Assembly: GCA_965204375.1 (NCBI GenBank)
Contig: OZ241986.1
Span: forward strand, 544,001-608,000
Reading direction: 5' to 3'
DNA from: Candidatus Latescibacterota bacterium
Lineage (GTDB): Bacteria > Latescibacterota > UBA2968
DNA length: 64,000 nt
Positions 1 to 9,903 of the stretch are shown in pieces. A program made the position numbers and the translations under genes. Positions within the stretch are counted from its first letter, which is position 1. Every line of letters begins with the position of its first letter. The notes below the pieces were generated by a model. It searched no databases. It saw only the letters and a program-made list of their open reading frames with translations, and was not told the DNA's origin.

Positions 1-2262
1 CACTGTGAGGACCTGATTTACCTGGAGATTCTCAAATCGTTGAACCATACCGCTCGGCCATCGAATCTCCAGAAGGTCCACGCGCTTGTTGGACCCCAAA
101 CCGAACTCCAGCGGAAGGCTATTCGTGGATCCGAAGCCGCATCCTCCGCTGACTTCTGCGTACAATAATAGCGATCCCGCACGCACGGTCACCGCCGCCC
201 CGATTCCATCCCGGTTGCTCTGAGTTCCAACCGTTTTAACCACCAGCCAGGTGTTGGAATTCCCTTCGTTGCGATATAAGCGATTCACCCATTGATCCCC
301 TATGAACGCCCCTCCAACAGGGACGTAAATATCCAAATCCCCGTCACCATCGTAATCTGCAAAGGTCACTCCATGCCCCTTTCCGACCTGTTCGACGACA
401 GGGGTAGATGCGGTCACATCGGTGAAGGTCCCATCTCCGTTGTTGCGGTAAAGAGCATCGGGTTCTAACCGTCCCATCTCCGGGCCTCCGTTGGCCAGGT
501 AGAGGTCCTGATATCCATCCTGGTCAATATCGCCGAAGTTGGCCCCCATAGATCCGAAGGCCTTGTTCAGCCCCGCCTGGATGGTCACATCGGTGAAGGT
601 CCCATCCCCGTTGTTCCGATAGAGCACAGGCGTGCTGTAATAAGCGTCCGGACCTGTTTCTCCGTCAACCTGACTCTGGATATAATCGTTGAAATCCGCC
701 ATAGATGAAAAGAAAAGGTCGAGATCCGCATCATTGTCATAGTCCAAAAAGAACGTCACAAATCCCTTCCGTCTTGAGGCGACTCCGGCTCGCTCGCTCA
801 CATCGGTGAAGGTCCCATCCCCATTGTTGTGATAAAGGACATTGGGCTCTGTATGATTGACGACATACAGGTCCAGGTAGCCATCTTTATCGTAATCTCC
901 AAAGGTTGTCCCGATAGCCGATCTGGTGTCTGCAACACCTGCTTGAGCGGCAACATTGGTGAAACTGCCGTCGCCATTGTTGCGATAGAGCACGTTGGGT
1001 GACGCATCCCCGACCACACCGTTGGCGACGTAAAGGTCGAGAGCCCCATCATTGTCGTAATCTCCCCAGGCAGCGCCAAAGCCCGATCCGGAATCTCCTG
1101 CGCCTGCGCTCGCCGTTACATCGGTGAAGGTGCCGTCGCCGTTGTTTCGGTAGAGCGAATTCGGCTTCTTGCCAAACCAGCCGTCCCGGGTTACGTAGAG
1201 ATCCAGATCTCCGTCGTTGTCGTAGTCGGCAAACAGAGACGCGAAACCTCCCGGCATATCGGCCAATCCCGCCTGGACAGCCACATCAGTGAAGGTGCCA
1301 TTTTCGTTGTTTCGATAGAGAGCCTGAGGCGTATAATGTCCCAGGGCGAAAATATCCTGGTCTCCATCATTGTCGTAATCCCCCCAGGCGCTGCCCCGTC
1401 CGCCATCCACCTTTGCGACCCCCACCCGGGAAGCGATATCGGTAAACAGGGTGGGAGAAACTCCGAAATCCTCGTGGAAAAGCCTGAGTCTGTATCTCTC
1501 CTCCAAATCCTCTGGATATCCACCTTCCCGATCGTAGGCGAGTTTAAGAGCCCATTTGGCCTTCAGGCTGCCCGGTCTGATTTTCAGGGCTTCTTTCAAA
1601 GCGGGAATGGCCTTGCGGTAATCCCGGCTTCGGAGATAGGCAACCCCGAGTTGATATTGGGCTTCAAAATGCTGGGGATAATGCGGGATAATCGATGCGA
1701 AGCGCTCTGCGGCTTCAGAAAATTGACCGAGTCTGAGTTCGACGATACCCAGTTGAAAGGAAGCGCCTGCATGATCGGGATTCACCTTCAGTACCTTCTC
1801 AAACTGCCTCTTGGCCTCCTCCAGGTTGGGAAGCATCCCCCCCGCGATCCCCAGAAGGTAGCCGACCTTCATCCGTGCATCCGCAGGGATACCGTCTGGA
1901 TCGGTCAGAAGCACCTGCTGGATCTCCTGTCGGGAGTCGAAGAACCGCCCCTCAGTCGCCAGAACCTCTGCAAGCACCAGGCGGGCTTCGATCCGGTCCG
2001 GCTCGATCTCGATCGCCTGGTGGAGCACATCGGCCGCTTGCCCCAACATCTGCTGCCTCAGATAGATCTCTGCCAGCCGTACGCGGGCATCGTAATGGGA
2101 GGCGTCGAGCTCCAGACAGCGACGGAATGCCTGGATCGCCTGCTTGTGCCGGCTCTGATCCATAGATTCGACCCCGCGTCGATAATGCGCTTCGACCTCC
2201 TCCTGGTCCGAAGATAGGGCCCAGACGGGAACCGCGATCAGCAACAACAAAAAAACCCGCAT
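1..2262 (-). CDS. TPR + FG-GAP repeat / ASPIC-UnbV (CRTAC1-like) secreted protein, 3' end runs off the window
   Basis: Not in the ORF track; both ends translated by hand and in the same frame. It starts MRVFLLLLIAVPVWA (signal peptide, GGAGG upstream), continues with TPR-like helices and repeated GDYDNDG/NNGDGTFTDVT motifs, and reads EIRWPSGMVQRFENLQVNQVLTV at position 1 (ASPIC/UnbV-like). Confidence 0.85.
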   Translation of the reverse strand, partial: MRVFLLLLIAVPVWALSSDQEEVEAHYRRGVESMDQSRHKQAIQAFRRCLELDASHYDARVRLAEIYLRQQMLGQAADVLHQAIEIEPDRIEARLVLAEVLATEGRFFDSRQEIQQVLLTDPDGIPADARMKVGYLLGIAGGMLPNLEEAKRQFEKVLKVNPDHAGASFQLGIVELRLGQFSEAAERFASIIPHYPQHFEAQYQLGVAYLRSRDYRKAIPALKEALKIRPGSLKAKWALKLAYDREGGYPEDLEERYRLRLFHEDFGVSPTLFTDIASRVGVAKVDGGRGSAWGDYDNDGDQDIFALGHYTPQALYRNNENGTFTDVAVQAGLADMPGGFASLFADYDNDGDLDLYVTRDGWFGKKPNSLYRNNGDGTFTDVTASAGAGDSGSGFGAAWGDYDNDGALDLYVANGVVGDASPNVLYRNNGDGSFTNVAAQAGVADTRSAIGTTFGDYDKDGYLDLYVVNHTEPNVLYHNNGDGTFTDVSERAGVASRRKGFVTFFLDYDNDADLDLFFSSMADFNDYIQSQVDGETGPDAYYSTPVLYRNNGDGTFTDVTIQAGLNKAFGSMGANFGDIDQDGYQDLYLANGGPEMGRLEPDALYRNNGDGTFTDVTASTPVVEQVGKGHGVTFADYDGDGDLDIYVPVGGAFIGDQWVNRLYRNEGNSNTWLVVKTVGTQSNRDGIGAAVTVRAGSLLLYAEVSGGCGFGSTNSLPLEFGLGSNKRVDLLEIRWPSGMVQRFENLQVNQVLTV

Positions 2263-2298
2263 TTCCATCCTCCATCTCTATTCAGGTTGAAACAGGAT

Positions 2299-3426
2299 TC
2301 AGGTATCCCATCCATTCGAAATCAGGGCCGCTCCCGTCTCCTTGTCGAAAAAGTGCATCTCGGCCAGATCGAACGCCAGGTGAACCGTTTCACCGACTGC
2401 CGGAATCCAATTCGTATAGATGCGGGCGACAAACCGCGTATCTTTCGCCCTCAGGTAGAGATAGGTCTCGTTTCCCATCGGTTCTACCACCTCAACGCTG
2501 GCGCGGACCTCCCCTCGTTCCCGGAATCCGTAGGGTGCAGACGCCTCGACAATATGTTCCGGCCGGATGCCCAGTACCAGATCCCGGCCGATATAGGCTT
2601 GCAGGCAACCGACACATTGCTCTGGAATGGGGAAGCAGATGGCACCGCTGGAAAAGGCCACCCCTTTGTTTCGGATCAGCCTGCCTTCCAGAAAATTCAT
2701 CGACGGACTGCCGATAAAACCGGCCACAAACCGGTTGACCGGATGCCGGTAGAGATCGATCGGAGAACCAATCTGCTGGATCCGTCCCCCTCGCATCGCT
2801 ACAATCCGATCCCCCATCGTCATCGCTTCGACCTGATCGTGGGTGACATAGATCATCGTCGCATCCAGATGCATATGCAGTTTGCTGATCTCTGTGCGCA
2901 TCTGGACGCGCAGCCCGGCATCCAGGTTCGACAACGGCTCGTCGAACAGAAAGACCTTCGGTTTCCGAACGATAGCTCGCCCCACCGCCACGCGCTGTCG
3001 TTGTCCACCCGACAGCGCCTTCGGCTTCCGGCCAAGCAGGTCGCCGATCCCCAGAATATCTGCCGCCTCCCGTACCCGGGCGTCGATCTCCTCCTTCCGG
3101 TATTTCCGCAGCTTCAACCCGAAGGCCATATTCTGGTAAACGCTCATGTGGGGATAGAGGGCGTAATTCTGGAAGACCATGGCAATATCCCGATCTTTGG
3201 GCAGGAGGTCGTTTGCCAGGCCCCCCCCGATATAGATCTCTCCTCTGGTCACCTCTTCCAGACCGGCGATCATCCGGAGGATCGTCGATTTCCCGCACCC
3301 GGACGGACCCACCAGGACCACAAGCTCTCCATCTTCCACCTGGAGATCGACATCCTCCACCGCCACCACCGCTTTGTCGAACACCTTTCGCACACGCTTC
3401 AGAGTCACGCTCGCCATCGCTACCAC
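2299..3426 (-). CDS. Carbohydrate ABC transporter ATP-binding protein (MalK/UgpC family)
   Basis: GPSGCGKS Walker A, VFQNYALYPHM, LSGGQRQR signature, FDEPLSNLD, C-terminal TOBE region. Confidence 0.95.
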   Translation of the reverse strand: MVAMASVTLKRVRKVFDKAVVAVEDVDLQVEDGELVVLVGPSGCGKSTILRMIAGLEEVTRGEIYIGGGLANDLLPKDRDIAMVFQNYALYPHMSVYQNMAFGLKLRKYRKEEIDARVREAADILGIGDLLGRKPKALSGGQRQRVAVGRAIVRKPKVFLFDEPLSNLDAGLRVQMRTEISKLHMHLDATMIYVTHDQVEAMTMGDRIVAMRGGRIQQIGSPIDLYRHPVNRFVAGFIGSPSMNFLEGRLIRNKGVAFSSGAICFPIPEQCVGCLQAYIGRDLVLGIRPEHIVEASAPYGFRERGEVRASVEVVEPMGNETYLYLRAKDTRFVARIYTNWIPAVGETVHLAFDLAEMHFFDKETGAALISNGWDT

Positions 3427-3490
3427 TCATTCCTCTCTTTTCGGTGACACGCACCTCTCTCCTGAGTTCTCGTCCGCCATCCGCTGGCTA

Positions 3491-4330
3491 TCATTCACCT
3501 TTGAGCGAACCGACCATCAGGCCGGAAACAAAATAGCGCAGACCACTGAAATACAAAAGAAGCATCGGAAAAACGGCCACGAGCAATCCCGCCATCGTCA
3601 CCGGCACATTGACGCCGAATCGATCCCGAAAAACGGTGATCCCCACCATAAGCGTGCGCATATCGTCGGCCTGCAGGAGCACCAGGGAGATGAGTAACTC
3701 ATTCCAGACCCACAGCGCGTTGACGACGGCCAGGGTGGCGATCGCCGGAAGGGACAGCGGCAGCACGAATTTGCGCAACAGCAACCCGTGCGAACACCCA
3801 TCGATCAGGGCTGCGTCGAAGATCCCTTGGGGCAGCCGGCTGAAGAAGCCAGTCAAAAAAAATGTGGTATAGGGCAACATAAACCCGCAATACACCGCAA
3901 TGGCCGCCGGATAGGTGTTCACCAGGCCGACCTTCACCATAAAGACAAACAGCGGCACGATCATGGCGATGACCGGAACGGCCATCAACGCCGAGGTCAG
4001 TCGGAAGAGCACATGTCGGCCCGTGAAAGGGATCCGGGCGAAGGCGTAAGCTGCAAAGCACGAGATACCGAGCGTCAAACCGACCGACGCGATTGTGAGA
4101 ACGGCACTGTTCAAAATCCACCGCGCAAACTTCGACTGGCCAAAGACAGCGGCAAAATTGTTCAGCACAGGCGAAGAGGGCAATCCCACCGGATCCTGGA
4201 AAAAAGCCATCTGCTCTTTAAGAGCAGAAACCACCATAAAGTAGAGGGGTACGAGGGCCACGATGCACAGCCCGAGCAGAACAAAGTGGCACACGGCCGA
4301 CCGAACAAGTTTTTGGGCCATCGCGGGCAT
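3491..4330 (-). CDS. Carbohydrate ABC transporter permease (MalG-type)
   Basis: Six hydrophobic segments, EAA-like loop DAALIDGCS, ends GSLKGE. Confidence 0.92.
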   Translation of the reverse strand: MPAMAQKLVRSAVCHFVLLGLCIVALVPLYFMVVSALKEQMAFFQDPVGLPSSPVLNNFAAVFGQSKFARWILNSAVLTIASVGLTLGISCFAAYAFARIPFTGRHVLFRLTSALMAVPVIAMIVPLFVFMVKVGLVNTYPAAIAVYCGFMLPYTTFFLTGFFSRLPQGIFDAALIDGCSHGLLLRKFVLPLSLPAIATLAVVNALWVWNELLISLVLLQADDMRTLMVGITVFRDRFGVNVPVTMAGLLVAVFPMLLLYFSGLRYFVSGLMVGSLKGE

Positions 4331-4333
4331 CCT

Positions 4334-5221
4334 CTACTCAAAAATTTCCACCCGGCGCAGCAGGCTGAAAAGGCCGAACAGGCCCACAACGACGAGCAAC
4401 ACCACGACAAACGAACAGGCGGAGGCAACGCCGATCTCGTCGTAGCTGAAAGCCCGCTGGTAGATATAAAATTCACTCACGTAGGTGGTGAAGCCGGGCC
4501 CGCCCCGGGTCAATACAAAGATATAATTGAATACCCAGCTGAATAGCTGAATCATCATAACGCTCGTGTAAAACAGAATCACCGTACTCAACTGCGGAAC
4601 CGTAACGTAATAAAGTGTCTGCCACCAGCCCGCCCCATCGATACGCGCACTTTCGTAGAGTTCGCCCGGAACCTGCATCAGGCGGGCCAGGAAAAGGACG
4701 ATGCCCAAACCCAATTCCCGCCAGACGATCACACCCCCTACGGTAAAAAAAGCAAGCTGAGGGTCTCCCAGCCAATCCTGGCGCAGTCCGCCCAGTCCGA
4801 TGAAAGCAAGAACGCTGTTAACCAGACCGCGGTACTGAAGGATGTAACCAAACGCGATGCCGGCAACCACAACTGGTATCATGTACGGGAGAAAGATGAA
4901 AAACCTGTACACCTGCCAGCCTCTGATCCGCTCGTACAGAAGGGACGAAAAAACCAGAGACAGAACAACGAGAATCGGTATCAGACAGAACAATCCAACA
5001 TTGTTCCACAACGCCTGCCAGAAGATTGGATCATCCAGCAAGCGTCGGTAGTTGTCCAGCGCGGTCCACACACCGGTCCCTCTATGCCGCAGGCTGAATT
5101 CGATAACCTTCGCCATAGGGTATGCATACACGAAGGCGAGAACGACAAGGGCGGGAACGAGAAAGGTGTACCCCGCACGATTTGCCCACTGTATCATCAC
5201 ACACTGTCTCCCGGCCTGCAT
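4334..5221 (-). CDS. Carbohydrate ABC transporter permease (MalF-type)
   Basis: ELYESARIDGAGWW EAA loop, LTRGGPG motif, multiple TM segments. Confidence 0.92.
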   Translation of the reverse strand: MQAGRQCVMIQWANRAGYTFLVPALVVLAFVYAYPMAKVIEFSLRHRGTGVWTALDNYRRLLDDPIFWQALWNNVGLFCLIPILVVLSLVFSSLLYERIRGWQVYRFFIFLPYMIPVVVAGIAFGYILQYRGLVNSVLAFIGLGGLRQDWLGDPQLAFFTVGGVIVWRELGLGIVLFLARLMQVPGELYESARIDGAGWWQTLYYVTVPQLSTVILFYTSVMMIQLFSWVFNYIFVLTRGGPGFTTYVSEFYIYQRAFSYDEIGVASACSFVVVLLVVVGLFGLFSLLRRVEIFE

Positions 5222-5224
5222 ACG

Positions 5225-6571
5225 CTACCTGGCTTCAGAAGCCCAGGTCGCGAGTTTTTCAATCGTATCCACATTCGAATCTCGCCACCGATTGAGGAAC
5301 TCGTCCACCTGCTCTGCCGCTTGATCTGCAGACAGCGCTCCGGCGAACAGGGACTGCACCGCCAGGAAAAGATTTTCCCGATCCATCTGAGGCGGCCAGT
5401 AGTTCTGGTAATTTGTCATGCTCTCGCTCTCCATCCACGCGGCAATTGTGCGATCCTGTGACCACACAAGCCTGCTGCGGTCGAAGCGCTCGTCGGGCGG
5501 AATCGCTCCCGACAGGGCATGCATCCGATCCAGTCGTTCCGGAGTATGAAAGTAACAAAGCAGATCTGCCGCTTCTTCCTTGTGGTCCGACCAAGAAGTC
5601 ACAAGCAACTGCTGTGCCGTATTCGGCATCCTACCCGCCAGCCTGCCACTCCCGAACCGGGGAGGTAGCATGACACCCACGTTCTCCTCTCCCAGCATCT
5701 TGATGAAGTAGCTCACTTTGGTCTGGCCAGCAACGGCCATCGCCGCCTCTCCAGCCAGAAACAGGTTTTGAGCCTGATAGTATTCCAGCGAAGAGACATC
5801 CCGGTTGAAAACGCCCTTTCGAACCATCTCCTCCACGCGGTGCAGCCAGCCTGAATACAGAGGATGGATAAACGGAACCTCGCCGGTAGCGGCTTTGAGG
5901 ATATCGATAGAATCGTCCAATTCCTGCAAAATGAAGAGGCTGCTAAAATTTCCAATACCGCTCAGACCTTTCACACCATATCCCCACGGGACAAAACCGG
6001 CAGCCCGCAGGCGATCTGCTGCCGATAGGAACGCATCCCAGGTGCGAGGCGGATGATCGGGATCCAGGCCCGCCTGAGCAAAAGCCGGCTTGCTGTAAAC
6101 GAGCAGGAAGGGAAGCGCATACCAGGGAAGCCCATAGATCTTCCCCTGAAAGGCGGTCTCCCGCAGACTGCCGGGAAAAACAGGCTCCAGGTCGTCCTTG
6201 CTCAGCAGGTCGCTGATCGGATGCACATACCCCCGCCAGACGAACTGCATCGTGGATACCCCACCCCACATATACTGAATATCGGGGCCCTGTTGGGCCT
6301 GTCCGGCGGAGGCGAATGACGGGTAGAGCGATTCTGTAGCCTGCAGCACGGTTGCAATCTCAACGCCCGGATGCGCTGCCCTGTACCGGTGAACGGTCTC
6401 CCGCACCCACTGCTGCAGGCCCGGCGACTCCTGTTCGCCCCACCACCAGATGGTGAGATGAACCTTCGGTGCTGCCCGGACGCTGCCGGGCGCCAACCGG
6501 GCACCCAGAGACAGACCTGCCAGACCGGCGGTTGCTCGGCCGCCCCTTGCAAGGAACTCTCGCCGTGTCAT
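5225..6571 (-). CDS. ABC transporter extracellular solute-binding protein (family 1), Tat-exported
   Basis: TRREFL twin-arginine signal, GKIYGLP and PPRTWD motifs, adjacent permeases. Confidence 0.9.
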   Translation of the reverse strand: MTRREFLARGGRATAGLAGLSLGARLAPGSVRAAPKVHLTIWWWGEQESPGLQQWVRETVHRYRAAHPGVEIATVLQATESLYPSFASAGQAQQGPDIQYMWGGVSTMQFVWRGYVHPISDLLSKDDLEPVFPGSLRETAFQGKIYGLPWYALPFLLVYSKPAFAQAGLDPDHPPRTWDAFLSAADRLRAAGFVPWGYGVKGLSGIGNFSSLFILQELDDSIDILKAATGEVPFIHPLYSGWLHRVEEMVRKGVFNRDVSSLEYYQAQNLFLAGEAAMAVAGQTKVSYFIKMLGEENVGVMLPPRFGSGRLAGRMPNTAQQLLVTSWSDHKEEAADLLCYFHTPERLDRMHALSGAIPPDERFDRSRLVWSQDRTIAAWMESESMTNYQNYWPPQMDRENLFLAVQSLFAGALSADQAAEQVDEFLNRWRDSNVDTIEKLATWASEAR

Positions 6572-7809
6572 TATAGCTCGCCCGAGTTCTGGTGTGCAGT
6601 TGGTAGCGGTCCGAACCGCTTGACGGCGTCGCTTCTGTCCACGATATCCGGCACCTGGACCGGCCTGCCCTCGTAGATCGACTGCACCGCACAGATCGCC
6701 CCGGCGCAGGACCGGGCGCTCTCATAGACGTTGCACGGCGGCTGATAGTCCTCCAGGATGGCATTCACCAGGTCCAGGTCGGCCAGGTACTCGGTGCCGC
6801 CGTGGCCCACCCTCCTGGAGATATCCTCATCCACAATCAACGGCGGCACTTCGATCTTCACCATCCCGTGTTCCGGTTGCTCCTTTGCAGCCTCATCCTC
6901 CTGTTTGACGGACATTGTGTACATCCACCCATAGACGCCTCTGCTATAATTCGGATCTTCGTCGGCAAAGCAGCCATAGACACCCGGCCCATCGGGAGGA
7001 TGGGGCAGACGGCCGGAGGTCTCCAGCGTGCCCTTCGTCCCGTACACAGCGGCATACTCTATCGTGGGCCGCTTCGGCCCCTTTGAACAGACGCATCGAG
7101 CAATTGCACCGCTCGCCGTTTTGAACAGCGCGACTTCGTGATCGTACACCTGTCGATAGGGCATATTCTTCTTGTTCCCGTACCCGAACACCTCGACGAA
7201 TTGCTCTCCCATCAACCAGTACGCATTATCCACGGCATACAGACCGCCGCCGGCGTTGATCGATCCCTGGGCCAGTTCTCCCAGCCCCCATCGGAAGGTC
7301 GGAGAACCATCCTGCCGGATGGTAATTCCCTCAATGTCGTGGACATATTCCGTCTCCACATAGTAGATCTCCCCAAGCCTCCCTTGTTCGATCAACCGCT
7401 TCATATGCACCGTCGGAGCCATCCATCGGAGCTGATTGTCCATCTGGACCTTCAGATTGCGCCTTTCAGACATATACACAATCTTCCAGAGCGTCTCCAG
7501 GGACTGGTTCTCCATTGGCACCTCAACCAGGACGTGCTTCCAGTGGTCCAGTGCAGCCAGAGTGTGCTGTCCGTGCAGGTGACAGGGCGTGCAGAGGACC
7601 ACCAGGTCCACATCCTTTTCGGCGAGCACGTCGGCGTATCGGGTGGTCCACTTGTCAATGCCGTGTTCCTCTGCCGCGGACCTGGCCCGCTCCTCAACGA
7701 CATCGCAGACCATCACCACTTCCGTCTGGTCGATGTACTCGTTGAACACCCGAACGTGCGCCCTCCCATGGCCCATCCCGACCACAGCAACCTTCAATGT
7801 CTTTGCCAT
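6571..7809 (-). CDS. Gfo/Idh/MocA family oxidoreductase
   Basis: VAVVGMGHG Rossmann start, CTPCHLH, KHVLVEVP. Confidence 0.9.
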   Translation of the reverse strand: MAKTLKVAVVGMGHGRAHVRVFNEYIDQTEVVMVCDVVEERARSAAEEHGIDKWTTRYADVLAEKDVDLVVLCTPCHLHGQHTLAALDHWKHVLVEVPMENQSLETLWKIVYMSERRNLKVQMDNQLRWMAPTVHMKRLIEQGRLGEIYYVETEYVHDIEGITIRQDGSPTFRWGLGELAQGSINAGGGLYAVDNAYWLMGEQFVEVFGYGNKKNMPYRQVYDHEVALFKTASGAIARCVCSKGPKRPTIEYAAVYGTKGTLETSGRLPHPPDGPGVYGCFADEDPNYSRGVYGWMYTMSVKQEDEAAKEQPEHGMVKIEVPPLIVDEDISRRVGHGGTEYLADLDLVNAILEDYQPPCNVYESARSCAGAICAVQSIYEGRPVQVPDIVDRSDAVKRFGPLPTAHQNSGEL

Positions 7810-7830
7810 CGCCTGTTTCTCCTTATGGCT

Positions 7831-9846
7831 TTAGTCTGCGTGGATATGGTGACCGCTACCGGGGAACCAGATCGCATCCACGAGAATTGTCAGGGCGACT
7901 CCCAGTGCCCAGCCGACCAGGATGCCGATAAAAAACGGCCTGGACCGCCTGTAGAGTGCCGCGTCTCCGATCTTCATAAAGATCCATTTAAACGCCCAGG
8001 CCAGAAAGATGGAAAAGGTCATTCGGTAACTGAAATAAGTGGATGAAATCGCAAATCCAATCGGATGGATCGGCCAGCCGGGAAACCGGTACCGCAAGAA
8101 CGTCATCACCGCCATAACCCCGGCACCTATCCAGAAGAACTGTAGCTTCTCCCAATCGGTTGGAAATGGCGATTGCATATACACGACCACGTCGTTGAGG
8201 ACCTTCGGCGCAGCGGAATTGATCTTCCAGGAGTTAAAGTTGTAGGCTCCGTGGTCATACCCCAGGTAAAGGGTCCCCCACACCGAGCAGAGCAGAGAAA
8301 CAAATAGCGCCAGACCAGTGCAGACCAGAATTCCCTTCCGGGAACGTGCGGCCACATCCGCCACCTTCCCGACCTGTGTCAGCACCGGCATGAACAGCCC
8401 CGTCCCACGAGCCACTAAGGAGTATGTGAAGGCCAGGGCGGTCAGGCTGGCCCCCGAGGTCGCTTCGGTCCCCAGCACATACAGCGTGGAATACTGCGCC
8501 GTCATCGGCGCCCGCACATAAGCCAGGCCGGTCTCGACCACGATCCTCGACACCCCGATGTATATGACGAGAGTGGAAACCGTCAATACCAGGGCCATCG
8601 TGTAGCTCATCCCTGCGCTGTGCAGCCAGAAGAGAATGAACGCGATACCCAGGATAAATCCAAACACAACGGTCCGATAGGACATCATCTCGTCGTTGCC
8701 CCCGGCGAGACGGGCATCTCCGAAGGCACTGCGCACCATATCCTTCAGGTGATGCCGCGCTGTCCACAGCACCCAGAACACCATACACCAGAATGCCCCC
8801 CAGCACTGCCAGCCGGTGGCCGCGCTGTAGGACGACCAGTACGCTCCTTCCCCAGCGCTGTAGCCGATGCGGTTGAAGATAGAGGCCTCGACAATAAAGA
8901 TCAGAAAGAAGAACCAGATACTGAACAGCACTTCTAAGTTCGCAAAAAAACCGAACGCCATCGCAAAGAAGTGGATGTTCAGGTTTATACCCGGCGCACC
9001 CTGGTAAAGAACTACGTTTCCCCCACCCAGGGGAATGGCCGGGAGGCCCGGGACAAGATAGGTCAGAATGTTCCAGCAGACGATCCCGAACGGAATCACC
9101 ACCCCGGCCCAGAACAGCTTTCCACGCATAAACTCCGGTTTGAAGCCGGCTGCTCCGGATTTTGTCGCCATCTCGATTCCGACACTCACCAGAGGGTAGC
9201 CCAGCTTCTCGTGATGGATCCACTGTCTTCTCAATGCCACCACAATGCACGCCGAAACCAGCGTCACCGCTGCGATGAAACAGACCCACCAGAACAGGGG
9301 GATCACCCACACTTCCCAGGGAATACGTTCCCCTTTTGGCAAACCCTCGAAAAACCACGTCATCGCGCCGGTCTGGTCGGATGGGGCCAGCCAGTCAGAG
9401 ATATAGTTGTGAAAATATGGCTCCCATCGGTTCTCTGGCGAGGCAAAGTAGTAAGGAGAGGAAATGATCGCCAGCCAAAAGCCCGTCAGTTGCCATGTCG
9501 GCAACACGCTCCCGGCCATCACCATCGCCAGGATGATCAGCAGTTCGAAGGGCGAAAGCGGGCGCACAAGATCCAGACGCCCCAGAACGACGTTCAATAC
9601 AACCAGGACCAGGAAGCACAGAAAGGCAATCAAAGGGAAATGACTCAGGTTGAGATACGAAGAGCGGATCACGTACTCGTCGTAGGTCAAAAACAGGCTG
9701 GCGAAGGCCGCGAAGAGAACGCCCAGAATCACCGATCTGGTTGTAATTCCTTCCTTCTTCGCGGATGAGGACAGGTGCGCCTCATCTGCGGCTGTCGATT
9801 CAATCGTCGCCCCAGAAGGAACGAAAACAGGTTCTCGGCTATTCAT
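7831..9846 (-). CDS. Multi-pass membrane protein, DUF6785/DUF6784-like putative transporter
   Basis: Many TM helices; motifs LRRQWIHHEKLGYP, WPIHPIGF and PFFIGILVG recalled from this family. Confidence 0.7.
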   Translation of the reverse strand: MNSREPVFVPSGATIESTAADEAHLSSSAKKEGITTRSVILGVLFAAFASLFLTYDEYVIRSSYLNLSHFPLIAFLCFLVLVVLNVVLGRLDLVRPLSPFELLIILAMVMAGSVLPTWQLTGFWLAIISSPYYFASPENRWEPYFHNYISDWLAPSDQTGAMTWFFEGLPKGERIPWEVWVIPLFWWVCFIAAVTLVSACIVVALRRQWIHHEKLGYPLVSVGIEMATKSGAAGFKPEFMRGKLFWAGVVIPFGIVCWNILTYLVPGLPAIPLGGGNVVLYQGAPGINLNIHFFAMAFGFFANLEVLFSIWFFFLIFIVEASIFNRIGYSAGEGAYWSSYSAATGWQCWGAFWCMVFWVLWTARHHLKDMVRSAFGDARLAGGNDEMMSYRTVVFGFILGIAFILFWLHSAGMSYTMALVLTVSTLVIYIGVSRIVVETGLAYVRAPMTAQYSTLYVLGTEATSGASLTALAFTYSLVARGTGLFMPVLTQVGKVADVAARSRKGILVCTGLALFVSLLCSVWGTLYLGYDHGAYNFNSWKINSAAPKVLNDVVVYMQSPFPTDWEKLQFFWIGAGVMAVMTFLRYRFPGWPIHPIGFAISSTYFSYRMTFSIFLAWAFKWIFMKIGDAALYRRSRPFFIGILVGWALGVALTILVDAIWFPGSGHHIHAD

Positions 9847-9903
9847 AACCCATTTGCCCTAATGTCCATTTTTTTCTCATGCCTTCAATTGTCTTCCCAT
9901 AGA

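Noticed and set aside
1336-4546. Long plus-strand ORFs (293, 386 and 252 aa) and similar antisense ORFs elsewhere
   Set aside because: They are shadows of well-supported opposite-strand genes in GC-rich DNA and carry no motifs.
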